From assembly GCA_963717505.1 (NCBI GenBank), contig OY970342.1, positions 448,001 through 512,000 on the forward strand: DNA of 64,000 nt. Direction: 5' to 3'. This DNA is from Candidatus Eiseniibacteriota bacterium. Lineage in GTDB: Bacteria > Eisenbacteria > RBG-16-71-46. A program made the translations under genes and the position numbers. Positions 1-9,598 of this stretch are shown piece by piece. Each line of letters begins with the position of its first letter. Position 1 is the stretch's first letter. A model generated the notes under the pieces. The model was not told where the DNA came from. It worked only from the letters and a program-made list of their open reading frames with translations, and did not search any database.

Positions 1-934
1 GAGGTGCAAACCCGGATGCGTCCTCGGCCGGGGTGCGGGCGAACTCGCGGTTGTACTCGGGCACGAACCGCTCGCGCAGGTAACGATTGGCGCGGTCGAC
101 CGTGCGGATGTGGTGGGTCTGCAACTCCTTGATCAACCGGTCCTGGAGCGTACGGTTGACGCGCTCGCTGCGGCCCCGGGCCTGCGGCGAGTAGGCCATG
201 ATGTGTTCGACGCCGAGATGGTGAAGCGCCCGTCCGACCTGAGTGTGCCGCGATCGGTCGACGACTTGGCCGGCACGGGCAGTGAAGGTGGCCCACGCAG
301 CACGGTCGCTATAGACGCTCTGGGGGATGCCGTGTTCACGGACCACGGCCGCCAGTGCGGTCATGATCGTCGTCGTCGTCTCGCTCTCGACGAGTTGCGC
401 GTACAGCAGGTGCTTGGTCGCATCGTCTACGACCGCAATCAGGCACTGCCATTGGTCCGGCAGCAGCGTCAGCCAGCGGTGTCGGCTGCCGTCGATGTGG
501 ATGAGCTCGCCACGGCACGGACGCGGTTCGCGCCGGATGAAGTGCCGTCCGCGCGGACGCTTCTTCTTCACCAGGCCGGCGTGCTGGAGCGCGCGTCGCA
601 CCACCGTGTACGACCAGCGACAGCCACCCTGCTCACGCTTCATCACCGCGTAGAAGTGCCGCACGTTATAACCGCGGCAGTGCCGCTCGTAGAGCTTCAT
701 CCAACGTTGGATCTCCGCTTCTGGAACCCCATTCGGGGCCCGATCCACGCGACGCCCGTCCTGCAGTCCCCTGACTCCGTACTTCTGGTAACCCACTCTC
801 CAGCGACGCAAGGTCCGCGGACTGATGCCGAGCACTTCGGCGGCTTGCCACCACGAAATCTTGCCGCGTGTCGCCTGCAAAATGACCTCCTGAAATCTCA
901 TGGCCCGCTCCTGGGCGGCTGCGGTCGCTGCCAT
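1..934 (-). CDS. ISNCY/IS1202-like DDE transposase, 3' end runs off the window (absent from ORF track)
   Basis: Manual translation from ATG at 934 (RBS AAGGAGG upstream): MAATAAAQERAMRFQEVILQATRGKISWWQAAEVLGISPRTLRRW (HTH) ... GELIHIDGS ... LIAVVDDAT ... YSDRA ... AYSPQARGRSERVNRTLQDRL (integrase-core DDE); no stop before base 1. Confidence 0.9.
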   Translation of the reverse strand, partial: MAATAAAQERAMRFQEVILQATRGKISWWQAAEVLGISPRTLRRWRVGYQKYGVRGLQDGRRVDRAPNGVPEAEIQRWMKLYERHCRGYNVRHFYAVMKREQGGCRWSYTVVRRALQHAGLVKKKRPRGRHFIRREPRPCRGELIHIDGSRHRWLTLLPDQWQCLIAVVDDATKHLLYAQLVESETTTTIMTALAAVVREHGIPQSVYSDRAAWATFTARAGQVVDRSRHTQVGRALHHLGVEHIMAYSPQARGRSERVNRTLQDRLIKELQTHHIRTVDRANRYLRERFVPEYNREFARTPAEDASGFAP

Positions 935-1027
935 CGCTGGACCCTCCTTGGCGTCCAGTCTTAGCAGCCCCACCCGCCCGGCGGTCACTTCGCTGCTCAA
1001 ACGCGGTCAGAAGCCTGCTCCCTTACA
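1..1027 (-). mobile_element. Insertion sequence, left end with terminal TGT and two internal repeats
   Basis: Minus strand begins TGTAAG at 1027; direct repeats GCGGTCA-N5-CTGCTC at 981-998 and 1003-1020 resemble transposase-binding sites of IS481/IS1202-type ends. Confidence 0.7.
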
Positions 1028-1170
1028 GTTCCCGGCAAACATCGTTGCCGCATGGGCCAAGGAGGGCGTAGCCTTGCAGCCGCGCGGGTCGCGAGGACCT
1101 GCGCCCGGACGGCCCTAGCCCCCGTCCGACGACGATCCCGATACACCCCCCTCATCCCCCGGGAGGCAGC

Positions 1171-1785
1171 TTGGGAGAGCCGCGGAGCGAGTCGCCGCCG
1201 CATTCGGCGCCTGCCGACCTGGAGTCGACCGCCCTGTTGCTCAACCGCGCGCGGCGCGGTGACGACCTGGCGCGCGAACACCTGGCCTCGCGCTATTACA
1301 AGATCCTCCTGCGCTTCGCTCACGGCCGCCTCCCCAACAACGCTCGCGGCCTGCTCGAGACCAACGATCTGGTCCAGGTCACGGTCATGCGCGCGCTCGA
1401 CCATCTCGACAAGTTCGAGCCGCAGCGCGAAGGCGCCTTCCTCGCGTACCTGCGCCGGATCCTGATCAACCAGATCCGCGACGAGATCCGGCGCGCGGCC
1501 CGGCGGCCGGTTCAGGAGTCGGAGCTGGAGACGTTGCCCGACGACCGGCCGAGCCCGCTCGAGGAAATGGTCGGCAGGGAGTCGCTCGAACGCTTCGAGG
1601 CCGCGCTCGCCGCCCTGCCGGACAAGCAGAAGGAGGCGATCATCATGCGCGTCGAGCTGGGCTTCTCGCACCAGGAGATCGCCGACGGACTCGGCATCAA
1701 GACCGCCAACGCGGCGCGCATGTTCGTCGCGCGCGCGATCGCGAGCCTGGCGGAGCGCATGAAAACCCCGGAGCCGACTCCGTGA
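1171..1785 (+). CDS. ECF RNA polymerase sigma factor
   Basis: Region 2 (DLVQVTVMRA...FLAYLRRILINQIRD) and region 4 (LPDKQKEAIIMRVELGFSHQEIA); overlaps the kinase start (GTGA). Confidence 0.9.
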   Translation: MGEPRSESPPHSAPADLESTALLLNRARRGDDLAREHLASRYYKILLRFAHGRLPNNARGLLETNDLVQVTVMRALDHLDKFEPQREGAFLAYLRRILINQIRDEIRRAARRPVQESELETLPDDRPSPLEEMVGRESLERFEAALAALPDKQKEAIIMRVELGFSHQEIADGLGIKTANAARMFVARAIASLAERMKTPEPTP

Positions 1786-4700
1786 CCCCACCCCGCTCGC
1801 GCGCCGTCATTCGACTCGCGAACGCGGTCTCCAAAGGTCAGCCGATCGACTGGCAGGAAGAGAAGACCGCGAGCCCCGAGCTGAACCAGACGCTGGACTG
1901 CCTGAAGGTGGTCGAGAACGTCCTGCGCGGCTACCGGTCGCTCGCCGAGTCCGAGGCCGACCCGCGCCTCCAGCGAAGCAGGAAGGTCGCCGAGCGCGAC
2001 GCCCCCGCGACCGGCGGGCCGGTCGTCGCGCGAGCGTCGACGCCGGCGGTCGCCACGCCGGCGCCCACGGGGTCTGCGGGCCAGCCCCGTTCACCGCTCT
2101 TCCGCTGGGGCCTCCTGGATGTGCTCGAGAAGATCGGCCAGGGAGCGTTCGGCGAGGTCTATCGCGCCTACGATCCCGCGCTCGATCGCGAAGTCGCGCT
2201 CAAGCTCTGGAATCGCGCCGCGTTCCCTGGAGCCACGGCCGACTCGTTCCTGTCCGAAGCACGCCGGCTCGCGCGCGTGCGCCACCCGAACGTGCTCGTC
2301 GTCCACGGCGCCGACGAGCACGACGATCGGGCCGGCATGTGGACCGACCTGATCCGCGGCCAGACGCTGGAGAACCTGCTCGCGCAGCAAGGGGCGTTCG
2401 GGGCTCAGGAAGCAGCACTCATCGGGACCGAACTGTGCCGCGCGCTCGCGGCGATGCACGCCGTCGATCTCGTCCATCGCGACGTCAAGACCACGAACGT
2501 CATGCGCGAGGAGGGCGGCCGGATCGTGCTCATGGACTTCGGCGCCGCCGCCGTGCTCACGCCGCACGGCTCGACCAATCCCGACGAGCCGGCCAAGGGC
2601 ACCCCGCTCACGCTCGCGCCCGAGCAGCTGTTTGGATCACCGGCGAGCCCGAACACCGATCTCTACAGCCTCGGGGTCCTCCTCTATCGGCTGCTCACCG
2701 TCCACTATCCGGTCGAGGCCCGCACGTTCGACGAGCTTTGCGATCGACACCGTCACGGGGAACGCACGCCGCTGCGGGAACACAGGCCCGACCTGCCGAC
2801 GCGACTGGTGGTGGCGGTGGAGCAAGCACTCGAGTCGGAGCCCGACCGTCGCTATCGGAGCGCGGCGACCATGGAGCGGAAGCTCGCCGCCTCGCTCGGC
2901 GCGTTGGGGGCCGTGAGCCGGACGCCGCGCGTGTCCGCCGCCAGTCCCAGCCGACTGCCGCCGCACAACCTGCCGCTGACGCTCACCGGCTTCGTCGATC
3001 GCGAACGCGAGATCGCAACCTGCGCTCAGTTGCTCGAGAAATCGCGCTGGCTGAGCCTGACCGGGCCCGCGGAGCGCGGCAAGACAAGGCTCGCCCTAGG
3101 GCTCGCCGAAATGCTCTGGGAGTCGTTCCCCGACGGCATCTGGCTGATCGAGCTGGATGCGCACCCCACGAATGGCGGCGTGGCGCGGGCCGTGGCCACC
3201 ACGCTGGGCCTGGCGCCGACGACGAACGAGCAGGCGCTCGACATGATCGTCGATCGCGTGAAGTCGGCGCGCGCGCTCCTGATTCTCGATCACGGCGACT
3301 CGGTGCTCGAGGACGTGACGCGAACCGGCCAGGCATTGCTGGCGGCCTGCCCGAATCTCAAGATCATCGCGACCAGCCGGGAGCCGGTTGCGTTTCCTCG
3401 CGGGGAGTCGTTCGAGGTGCCGCCGCCTTCGCCTTCGGCGGCCGCGGCCGACGCGGCGGACGCCGACCGCGCCGCCACCCCGCTCGCCACCGTTCCGTTC
3501 GTTGGACGCCGGGCGGAATTCGACCTGCTCCGGGACTCGCTCGAGCGCGCACGCCAGGGAGCCGGCCGAACGATCCTGCTGGGCGGCGAGGCCGGCATCG
3601 GCAAGTCCCGCCTGATGTCTGAGTTCAGGACCTACGCCGAGTCGCGCCACGTCGTGTGCCTCCAGGGGCGATGCGCGTATCACGGCGGCCGCAACTTCGA
3701 ACCCTTCGTGGAAGCCCTCGAGGAGCTGGCCCGCCGCACGCGGCTGCCGACCATGGCCCTGGTCGCCGAATCGACTCGCGGCCGCCCCGCGCTCGGCGCC
3801 CTGTTCTCGATGCTCCACATGCTGCTCGACCCCGGAGCGCACGGTGCGGTCCAGCTGCGCACGCGCGAGCAGGTCTGGTATCTGCTCGATGCGCTACTCA
3901 AGCGGATGGCCCAGCACGAAGCATTGGTGTTGTTCCTCGACGACCTGCACTGGGCCGACGAGGGAACCCTGTCGCTTCTGAATCACGTGACCCGGAGCGT
4001 CGGCAACTCCCGGTTGCTGATCGTCGGCTCGTATCGACCCGAGGAAATCGGCGCTTCGGCCGGACAGGAACACCCGCTCGAAGACGTGATGCGCCTGCTC
4101 TCGTCGGTTCCGGCCTTCCAGCGGCTGCCGCTGGCGCCGCTCGACGGCGCCGAGACCGCGGCATTGCTCGAGCAGACGATTCGCGATCCCGACCTGGGCC
4201 GCAGACTGGCCACGACCATCCACGATCGCGCCCAGGGGAACCCGTTCTTCACGGTCGAGATCGTGCGCGAGCTGCTGAGCGAGAAATCCGGATTGCGGAC
4301 GGACGGCACGACCCGCCAGGACCTGGTCCTGCCGCAGACGGTGACCGACGTGCTGATGCGCCGCCTGTCGCGGCTGTCGCAGGAGGAGCGTGACCTGGTC
4401 GACCTGGCCGCCGTCGAGGGCGAACGATTCCGCACCGACACGCTGGCCGCCGGCACCGGGCTCACGCGCATGCTGCTGCTCAAGCGCTTGCGCGGGCTCG
4501 AACAGACGCACCAGCTGATCGCCACCGCCGAGGGCGGCTACCGATTCGCACACGGCCTGATCCGCGAGGTGCTCCTGCGCGACATTCCGATCGAGCTGCG
4601 GCGCGAATACCACGGCGTGGTTGCGGCCCATCTGACCGAGGTGTTCGGCGAGCGGCCGAACGAATCCGGCCGCGTCGGCTACCACCTGTTCGAGGCGCAG

Positions 4701-6446
4701 CGCTTCGACGACGCGGTGCCGTTCCTGCTCGGCGCCGCGCGCGAGGCACGCCGACTGTTCCTGCACGATCGTGCGCTGCAGTACCTCGATCAGGCACTCG
4801 AAGCGCTCGGGCGGTCCGCACAGCCCGCCTTGAACCCGGGCGAGATCCGGCGGTCCAAGTCCGAGGTGCTGCTGTTGCTCGGCCGACCCGAGGCGGCGCG
4901 CGCGGCCGCCGAACGCGCGCTCGAGGAGGATGTCCGGCGCGGTGACGAATCCGGGCGAGCTGCCTCACAGGAAGCGCTGGGTGAGGCGGCGCTCGAGCAG
5001 GGCGATCTGGTCGCCGCCGAGTCCCTGCTCACCGACGCTCGCAACCGGTTCGCAGCTTCAGGGGACCGCCAGCAGATCGCGCGCTGCGAGCACAAGCTCG
5101 GGGCCCTGGCCGCGCGTCGCGGCGACTTCGAGCGCGGACTGCACCTGCTCGAGACCGCGCTCGCCACGGCGCGCGCGACCGGGGTCGAACTGGGCGTCGC
5201 CCGCATTCTGCTCGACGTCGGCGATCTCTGCTATCGCCGCGGCGACTACCCGCGCGCGCTCGAGACGTTCGAGGCGGCGGTCGGTGATCTCCAGCGCCTG
5301 GGCGAGCGACTCGAGCTGGCACGCGCACTCAACCGACTGGGGAACGCACTGTTCCAGAGCGGCCGAACCGACCAGGCGCTGGTGCGCTACGAGCAGGCGA
5401 TGGCGCCGACCATCGAGCTGGGCGACCTGCAGGGCATGGCCAAGCTCAAAGCCAACCTCGGCAACGTGCACCTGGTGCGCGGCGACTCCGAGCGCGCGCT
5501 CGACTGCTACCGCGACGCCTTCCGGCGCTTCGAAGAGATCGGCGACAAGGGCGGCATGGCCCAGGCGCTGGTGGCGCTCGGGAACGCCTCGTTCACCCGC
5601 GGCGACTTCGGCGAGGCTGCGCGCTGCTACACGTCCTCGCTCGGACCGCGCGAGGAGATGGGCGATCGCTGGGGCCTCGCGAACTCGCTCGACAATCTGG
5701 GGGTGGTCGAATACCACCTCGGCCGCTGGCGCCTGGCGCTCGAGCACCAGCAGGCGGCCTTCCGGCATCGACATGAACTCGGGGATCGTCCTGGCTGCAT
5801 CGAGTCGACCTTGAATCTGGGTTCTCTCATGGCGGTCATGGGCGACGTCGGGGCGGCCGAGCGGCTCTACATCGAAGCCGAGCGCATGGCGGCTGAAATC
5901 GGGGACCCACGCCGCCGCGCGCGCATCCTGCTCGCTCAGGCCTGCCTCAAGCTCTGGGCGGAGGATCTGGACGGCGCCTCGGAGCTGCTGGAAACCGCCC
6001 GGTCGCTGGCGGCCGACGAGTCGCTGGTCCGATCCCGGCTGTTGTTGCTCGAAGGCCTGGTCGGGATGGCGTCGGCGGCGAGCGACGCGGAGTCGGTGCT
6101 CAACGAGGCGCTTGCCGAGTCGCGCCGGACCGAGTCCATCCCGGACGAGACCAGCGCCCTGCTGGCCCTGGCCGAAATGATGGGTCGCCTCGGACGCCAG
6201 GAAGAGGCGTGGATACGAACCGAGGAGGCCCTGGATCGGGTCGGCGAGGGTCGAGTTCCATTGCTGGAACTCCACGCCCTCAGGTTGAGGAGAGAGAAGG
6301 TGGCAGTAGGTGCTCCCGGGGAGGCCGCGGAACGCTCGGCCACGGAGCACAGGATTCGGACTCTGGTCGAGGGCATTGACGCTGGCCTGCCGCCGGGCCT
6401 CGACAACCGGATGGATCTCGAAAGGCCCCGATTTCCGCTTCCCTGA
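1782..6446 (+). CDS. Ser/Thr protein kinase fused to two P-loop (NB-ARC-like and AAA_16-like) domains and a TPR array
   Basis: IGQGAFGEVY, VALK, HRDVKTTN, DFG, APE motifs; GPAERGKT and GGEAGIGKS Walker A; LFLDDLHWAD Walker B; many TPR-like helices. Confidence 0.9.
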   Translation: MTPPRSRAVIRLANAVSKGQPIDWQEEKTASPELNQTLDCLKVVENVLRGYRSLAESEADPRLQRSRKVAERDAPATGGPVVARASTPAVATPAPTGSAGQPRSPLFRWGLLDVLEKIGQGAFGEVYRAYDPALDREVALKLWNRAAFPGATADSFLSEARRLARVRHPNVLVVHGADEHDDRAGMWTDLIRGQTLENLLAQQGAFGAQEAALIGTELCRALAAMHAVDLVHRDVKTTNVMREEGGRIVLMDFGAAAVLTPHGSTNPDEPAKGTPLTLAPEQLFGSPASPNTDLYSLGVLLYRLLTVHYPVEARTFDELCDRHRHGERTPLREHRPDLPTRLVVAVEQALESEPDRRYRSAATMERKLAASLGALGAVSRTPRVSAASPSRLPPHNLPLTLTGFVDREREIATCAQLLEKSRWLSLTGPAERGKTRLALGLAEMLWESFPDGIWLIELDAHPTNGGVARAVATTLGLAPTTNEQALDMIVDRVKSARALLILDHGDSVLEDVTRTGQALLAACPNLKIIATSREPVAFPRGESFEVPPPSPSAAAADAADADRAATPLATVPFVGRRAEFDLLRDSLERARQGAGRTILLGGEAGIGKSRLMSEFRTYAESRHVVCLQGRCAYHGGRNFEPFVEALEELARRTRLPTMALVAESTRGRPALGALFSMLHMLLDPGAHGAVQLRTREQVWYLLDALLKRMAQHEALVLFLDDLHWADEGTLSLLNHVTRSVGNSRLLIVGSYRPEEIGASAGQEHPLEDVMRLLSSVPAFQRLPLAPLDGAETAALLEQTIRDPDLGRRLATTIHDRAQGNPFFTVEIVRELLSEKSGLRTDGTTRQDLVLPQTVTDVLMRRLSRLSQEERDLVDLAAVEGERFRTDTLAAGTGLTRMLLLKRLRGLEQTHQLIATAEGGYRFAHGLIREVLLRDIPIELRREYHGVVAAHLTEVFGERPNESGRVGYHLFEAQRFDDAVPFLLGAAREARRLFLHDRALQYLDQALEALGRSAQPALNPGEIRRSKSEVLLLLGRPEAARAAAERALEEDVRRGDESGRAASQEALGEAALEQGDLVAAESLLTDARNRFAASGDRQQIARCEHKLGALAARRGDFERGLHLLETALATARATGVELGVARILLDVGDLCYRRGDYPRALETFEAAVGDLQRLGERLELARALNRLGNALFQSGRTDQALVRYEQAMAPTIELGDLQGMAKLKANLGNVHLVRGDSERALDCYRDAFRRFEEIGDKGGMAQALVALGNASFTRGDFGEAARCYTSSLGPREEMGDRWGLANSLDNLGVVEYHLGRWRLALEHQQAAFRHRHELGDRPGCIESTLNLGSLMAVMGDVGAAERLYIEAERMAAEIGDPRRRARILLAQACLKLWAEDLDGASELLETARSLAADESLVRSRLLLLEGLVGMASAASDAESVLNEALAESRRTESIPDETSALLALAEMMGRLGRQEEAWIRTEEALDRVGEGRVPLLELHALRLRREKVAVGAPGEAAERSATEHRIRTLVEGIDAGLPPGLDNRMDLERPRFPLP

Positions 6447-6528
6447 TCGACAAAACCCCCGTCGCCGCAAGCCGGGCCGGGTATAATGCCGCGCTGACGG
6501 CGCTCGAAATCCCAGGCAATAGAACCTC

Positions 6529-7047
6529 ATGAGGTCTCACATGAAACGGTTCTGTATGGCGCTGCTTGTGGGTCTGGCAGTACTGGCACTTCACACCTCG
6601 CGATCCGATGCTGCCTCCCGCTACGTCGGATCCTCCGGCACTTCGAGCGGATCGGGCGGCTGCTCGATCACCATCGAGTCGTTCGACCCGAACGGAGAGC
6701 CGGGCATTCACCCGATGGTCGTGATTCCGGTCGCGATCCCGAATGCGAGCACGCCGGCCAATTCGGCCTCGCTGATTCGCGCGGCCCTGGCCGCGGGACT
6801 GAGCCCCGATTTCGAGGCGACGCTCCCCTCGGGGCTTCCCGGAGTCGTGAGGATCAATCACAAGGCCGGCGGGTTCAGCATGGCGATCTCGGAAGACGTC
6901 CCGGGGCAGACCATTCAGGAGGTTTCGCTGAACGTCCCGGCGTCGAATCCGGTCGGGATCTACCTGCTCGGGCTGCTGCTGGCCGCGGGCGGGCTGTTCG
7001 CGCTCCTCTGGCGCCGCAAAGGCGCGGCCACGGAAGCCTCCTCGTAG
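6529..7047 (+). CDS. Secreted protein with IPTL-CTERM-like C-terminal sorting segment
   Basis: N-terminal signal peptide; C-terminus VPASNPVGIYLLGLLLAAGGLFALLWRRK (motif + TM helix + basic tail). Confidence 0.7.
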   Translation: MRSHMKRFCMALLVGLAVLALHTSRSDAASRYVGSSGTSSGSGGCSITIESFDPNGEPGIHPMVVIPVAIPNASTPANSASLIRAALAAGLSPDFEATLPSGLPGVVRINHKAGGFSMAISEDVPGQTIQEVSLNVPASNPVGIYLLGLLLAAGGLFALLWRRKGAATEASS

Positions 7048-7309
7048 AAACGCTACTCCTCTAACGACTTGCCGGCGTCCGTCTCGGGCCGGGGACTCGC
7101 TCCCCGGCCCGAAGTGTTTCCCCTCCCCTCCAGCGATGTGCGGTTTCTCCCGGGGCGTCGTTGGAACTTGTGTCGCGCGATACACGCGCAGCGGGTCCCA
7201 AACCGAAACCCGCCCAGGGGGGCGGCAACGGAAGACCCAGGTGGAGCCCGGGGGTCCGGGAAGAACAAGGACCCGAACCCCAGGCGCTCCGGATCAAGGG
7301 GAGGAAGTC

Positions 7310-8173
7310 ATGTTCCGCAATCGTATCGCTGTCGCAGCCCTGATGGGCGTCTCGGTGCTCCCGATGTCCGCGTTCGCAGCCAATCCCACCAACCTGACCT
7401 GGACGCCGGCGTCGGAGAGCGAACGTCGCAGCTCGTGCACGTTGTCCTCGGCTGGGGCGCTCACCGGAAGTCTGGCGTTCCGCGTCGGCGCGGTGTTCGC
7501 GTGTGGCGCAGAGACCGTGATTCGCCCGGGACGCGCCTCGTCGCTGGCCGCCGACTTCGGCGTCGGCTCCCACGCGTTCGCCGTCCTCCAGGACTACGAG
7601 TTCCCCGATGAGTTCCGTTACGCCTCGGGCGCCAACGAAGCCTGCGAGACCTGGATCACCTACGACTACTCGACCGTGCGTCCGTGGAACGTCCGCCACT
7701 ACGCGAACTGCTGGGGCGCGCCGTACAACGTGTACGAGATCGACCTGGGGACCCCCCGCGTCGTCGCGACCTGCGAAACGCAGGCGTGCCGCCGGGGCGA
7801 GTTCGGCGACCCCGCCGCGGGCCTCGACGAGCCGCTGGTTTCTCCGAATCTGGGCATGGTGTTCATCGACCGCCGCATCGACGTCCTGCCGGACGGCAGC
7901 GTCGGCAACGATGACTTCATGATCGCGCTGCGCAACCGGGTCGCCACCGAGGCCACGATCGGCCAGGTCGCCGCGATCTGGCGCGAGCTCGACGGCCGGC
8001 TCTTCTACCTGAGCTCCGAAGACCTGGCGAAGATTCCGCCCAGTGCGTGTGGCGACGGCGGTGGCATCGGCGATCCGCGGCTGAAGAAGCCCGCCGCCGG
8101 CGAAGTCGCGGCCGGTGACGACATCCGCCGGAGCTGGGGCCAGATCAAGAAGGCGTGGAGCGATCGGCCGTAG
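7310..8173 (+). CDS. Secreted Cys-containing hypothetical protein ending in a SWGQIK motif
   Basis: RBS GGGGAGG before ATG 7310; signal peptide MFRNRIAVAALMGVSVLPMSAFA; C-terminus RRSWGQIKKAW. Confidence 0.75.
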   Translation: MFRNRIAVAALMGVSVLPMSAFAANPTNLTWTPASESERRSSCTLSSAGALTGSLAFRVGAVFACGAETVIRPGRASSLAADFGVGSHAFAVLQDYEFPDEFRYASGANEACETWITYDYSTVRPWNVRHYANCWGAPYNVYEIDLGTPRVVATCETQACRRGEFGDPAAGLDEPLVSPNLGMVFIDRRIDVLPDGSVGNDDFMIALRNRVATEATIGQVAAIWRELDGRLFYLSSEDLAKIPPSACGDGGGIGDPRLKKPAAGEVAAGDDIRRSWGQIKKAWSDRP

Positions 8174-8229
8174 CCACCCCCCAGAAGCCGGCTCCGAGGG
8201 GCGGAGCCGAGGATCCGGTCGGGTTCCGA

Positions 8230-8257
8230 AGCTGGAGCCCGGCCGGTCCAGCTTTTT
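8230..8257 (+). terminator. Intrinsic terminator
   Basis: AGCTGGA...TCCAGCT hairpin followed by a T run, between convergent genes. Confidence 0.55.
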
Positions 8258-8318
8258 GGCATGTTCGCGGCCGCGACCATGACGGCCGACGCACGCGGAC
8301 GAACGCGCCTCGGTGGGT

Positions 8319-9218
8319 CTACTCCTCGCGCCACTGCATCGGCGCGATGGCCGGCCCGGGGGCGCGGCGCGCAAGCAGTACTCGCGGCCGTCCCGAGAGG
8401 TCATCGCGCAGCTCGACCTCGGAGAAGTCGTGGGCGCCCTCGAGCCACGCGGCAACCTCGGCCGCCCGGTGCTCCGACAGCTCGAGCGCCAGGAGTCCGC
8501 CGGCGATCAGATAACGCGGCGCCTGGTCGACGATCTCGCGCAGCGCGTCGAGGCCGCTCGCTCCCGAGAACAAGGCTTCGTGGGGCTCGAAGCGCCGGAC
8601 GTCGTCGGGCAGATCGTCCCACTCCGCGGTCGAGAGGTACGGCGGGTTGGACACAACGACGTCGAACCGTTCGTCGCCCAGCGCCTCGAACCAGTCGCCA
8701 CGACGAAACTCGACCCGCTCCGCCAGTCCGAGCCGGGCCGCATTGCGGCGCGCGACGTCGAGTGCGGCCGGGCTCTGGTCGGTCGCCACCACCCGCGCCT
8801 CGGGCAGCGCGTGTGCAATCGCGAGCGCGATTGCCCCCGACCCAGTTCCCAGGTCGAGAATACGTGGCCCACGCTCGAGCGACCGCAGCGCCTCGATCAC
8901 GGCCTCGACCAGGCCCTCGGTTTCGGGTCGTGGCACCAGCACCGCCGGGCCGACCTCGAGATCGAGGTCGAGAAACGCCGCACGTCCGGTGATGTACTGG
9001 ACCGGTTCGCCCGCCCGCCGGCGCGCGAGCCAGCGCTCCAGGCACTCGAACTGCTCACCGGTAACTTCCGCCCGCGGGGTGAGATGAACCTGGGTCCGGG
9101 GAACCCCGAGGAGCCGGCTCACCAGTTCCACGGCATCGGTGGATGCCGACGGGCCGGCGTTCAGGCGATCGAGCGCCATCTTCAGCGCATCAGCGACGGT
9201 TCGTGGACTCGGGGGCAC
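8319..9218 (-). CDS. prmC: Release factor glutamine methyltransferase
   Basis: GEPVQYITG, VLVPRPETE, LDLGTGSG and SNPPY motifs; downstream of prfA. Confidence 0.95.
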   Translation of the reverse strand: MPPSPRTVADALKMALDRLNAGPSASTDAVELVSRLLGVPRTQVHLTPRAEVTGEQFECLERWLARRRAGEPVQYITGRAAFLDLDLEVGPAVLVPRPETEGLVEAVIEALRSLERGPRILDLGTGSGAIALAIAHALPEARVVATDQSPAALDVARRNAARLGLAERVEFRRGDWFEALGDERFDVVVSNPPYLSTAEWDDLPDDVRRFEPHEALFSGASGLDALREIVDQAPRYLIAGGLLALELSEHRAAEVAAWLEGAHDFSEVELRDDLSGRPRVLLARRAPGPAIAPMQWREE

Positions 9219-9282
9219 GCAAACGAGCGTACTCCAACCCGGCGGGGCGCGGCGCCCATGCCGGCCGCGCCCCGGCCGCGCA

Positions 9283-9570
9283 TTACCAGGGAAAGTCGAA
9301 GAGCCCGTCCAGCATCATGTACGCACAGGCCGCGATCGCCGCCGAGACCACGCCGGGATTCATGCCGGTGCTGGCCGCGACCCGACTCATGCCGCCGCAG
9401 ATGATCGCGGCGGCGATTCCCGAACCACCGTTCGCGACCGCGCGACCCGACTCCGAGTCGGTTTGGAGGACGTCATCGAGGGGTGGGTCGGCGGCGAAAG
9501 CCGGGGCCGTCGCGCCGCCCGCAGCGATGCAGACCGCCAGCAACAGGGTGCTCGTGGTTCCGAGCTTCAT
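9283..9570 (-). CDS. Small secreted hydrophobic peptide precursor with a Cys pair
   Basis: RBS GGAGAA; Sec signal ending AFA, acidic pro-region, NGG, then core SGIAAAIICGG...AAIAACAYMMLDGLFDFPW. Confidence 0.75.
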   Translation of the reverse strand: MKLGTTSTLLLAVCIAAGGATAPAFAADPPLDDVLQTDSESGRAVANGGSGIAAAIICGGMSRVAASTGMNPGVVSAAIAACAYMMLDGLFDFPW

Positions 9571-9598
9571 GTCGTCTTCTCCACGGAGGCGATTGGAA

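Noticed and set aside
110-964. 284-aa plus-strand ORF
   Set aside because: Antisense shadow of the minus-strand transposase
1028-1070. Possible XerC/D (dif-like) target next to the IS1202-like end
   Set aside because: Flank shows no resemblance to the TTATGTTAAAT XerD arm
7161-7176. TTGGAACTTGTGTCGC as a sigma54 or ECF promoter
   Set aside because: Spacing fits sigma54, but the -12 box is poor and GGAACTT could equally be an ECF -35; ambiguous
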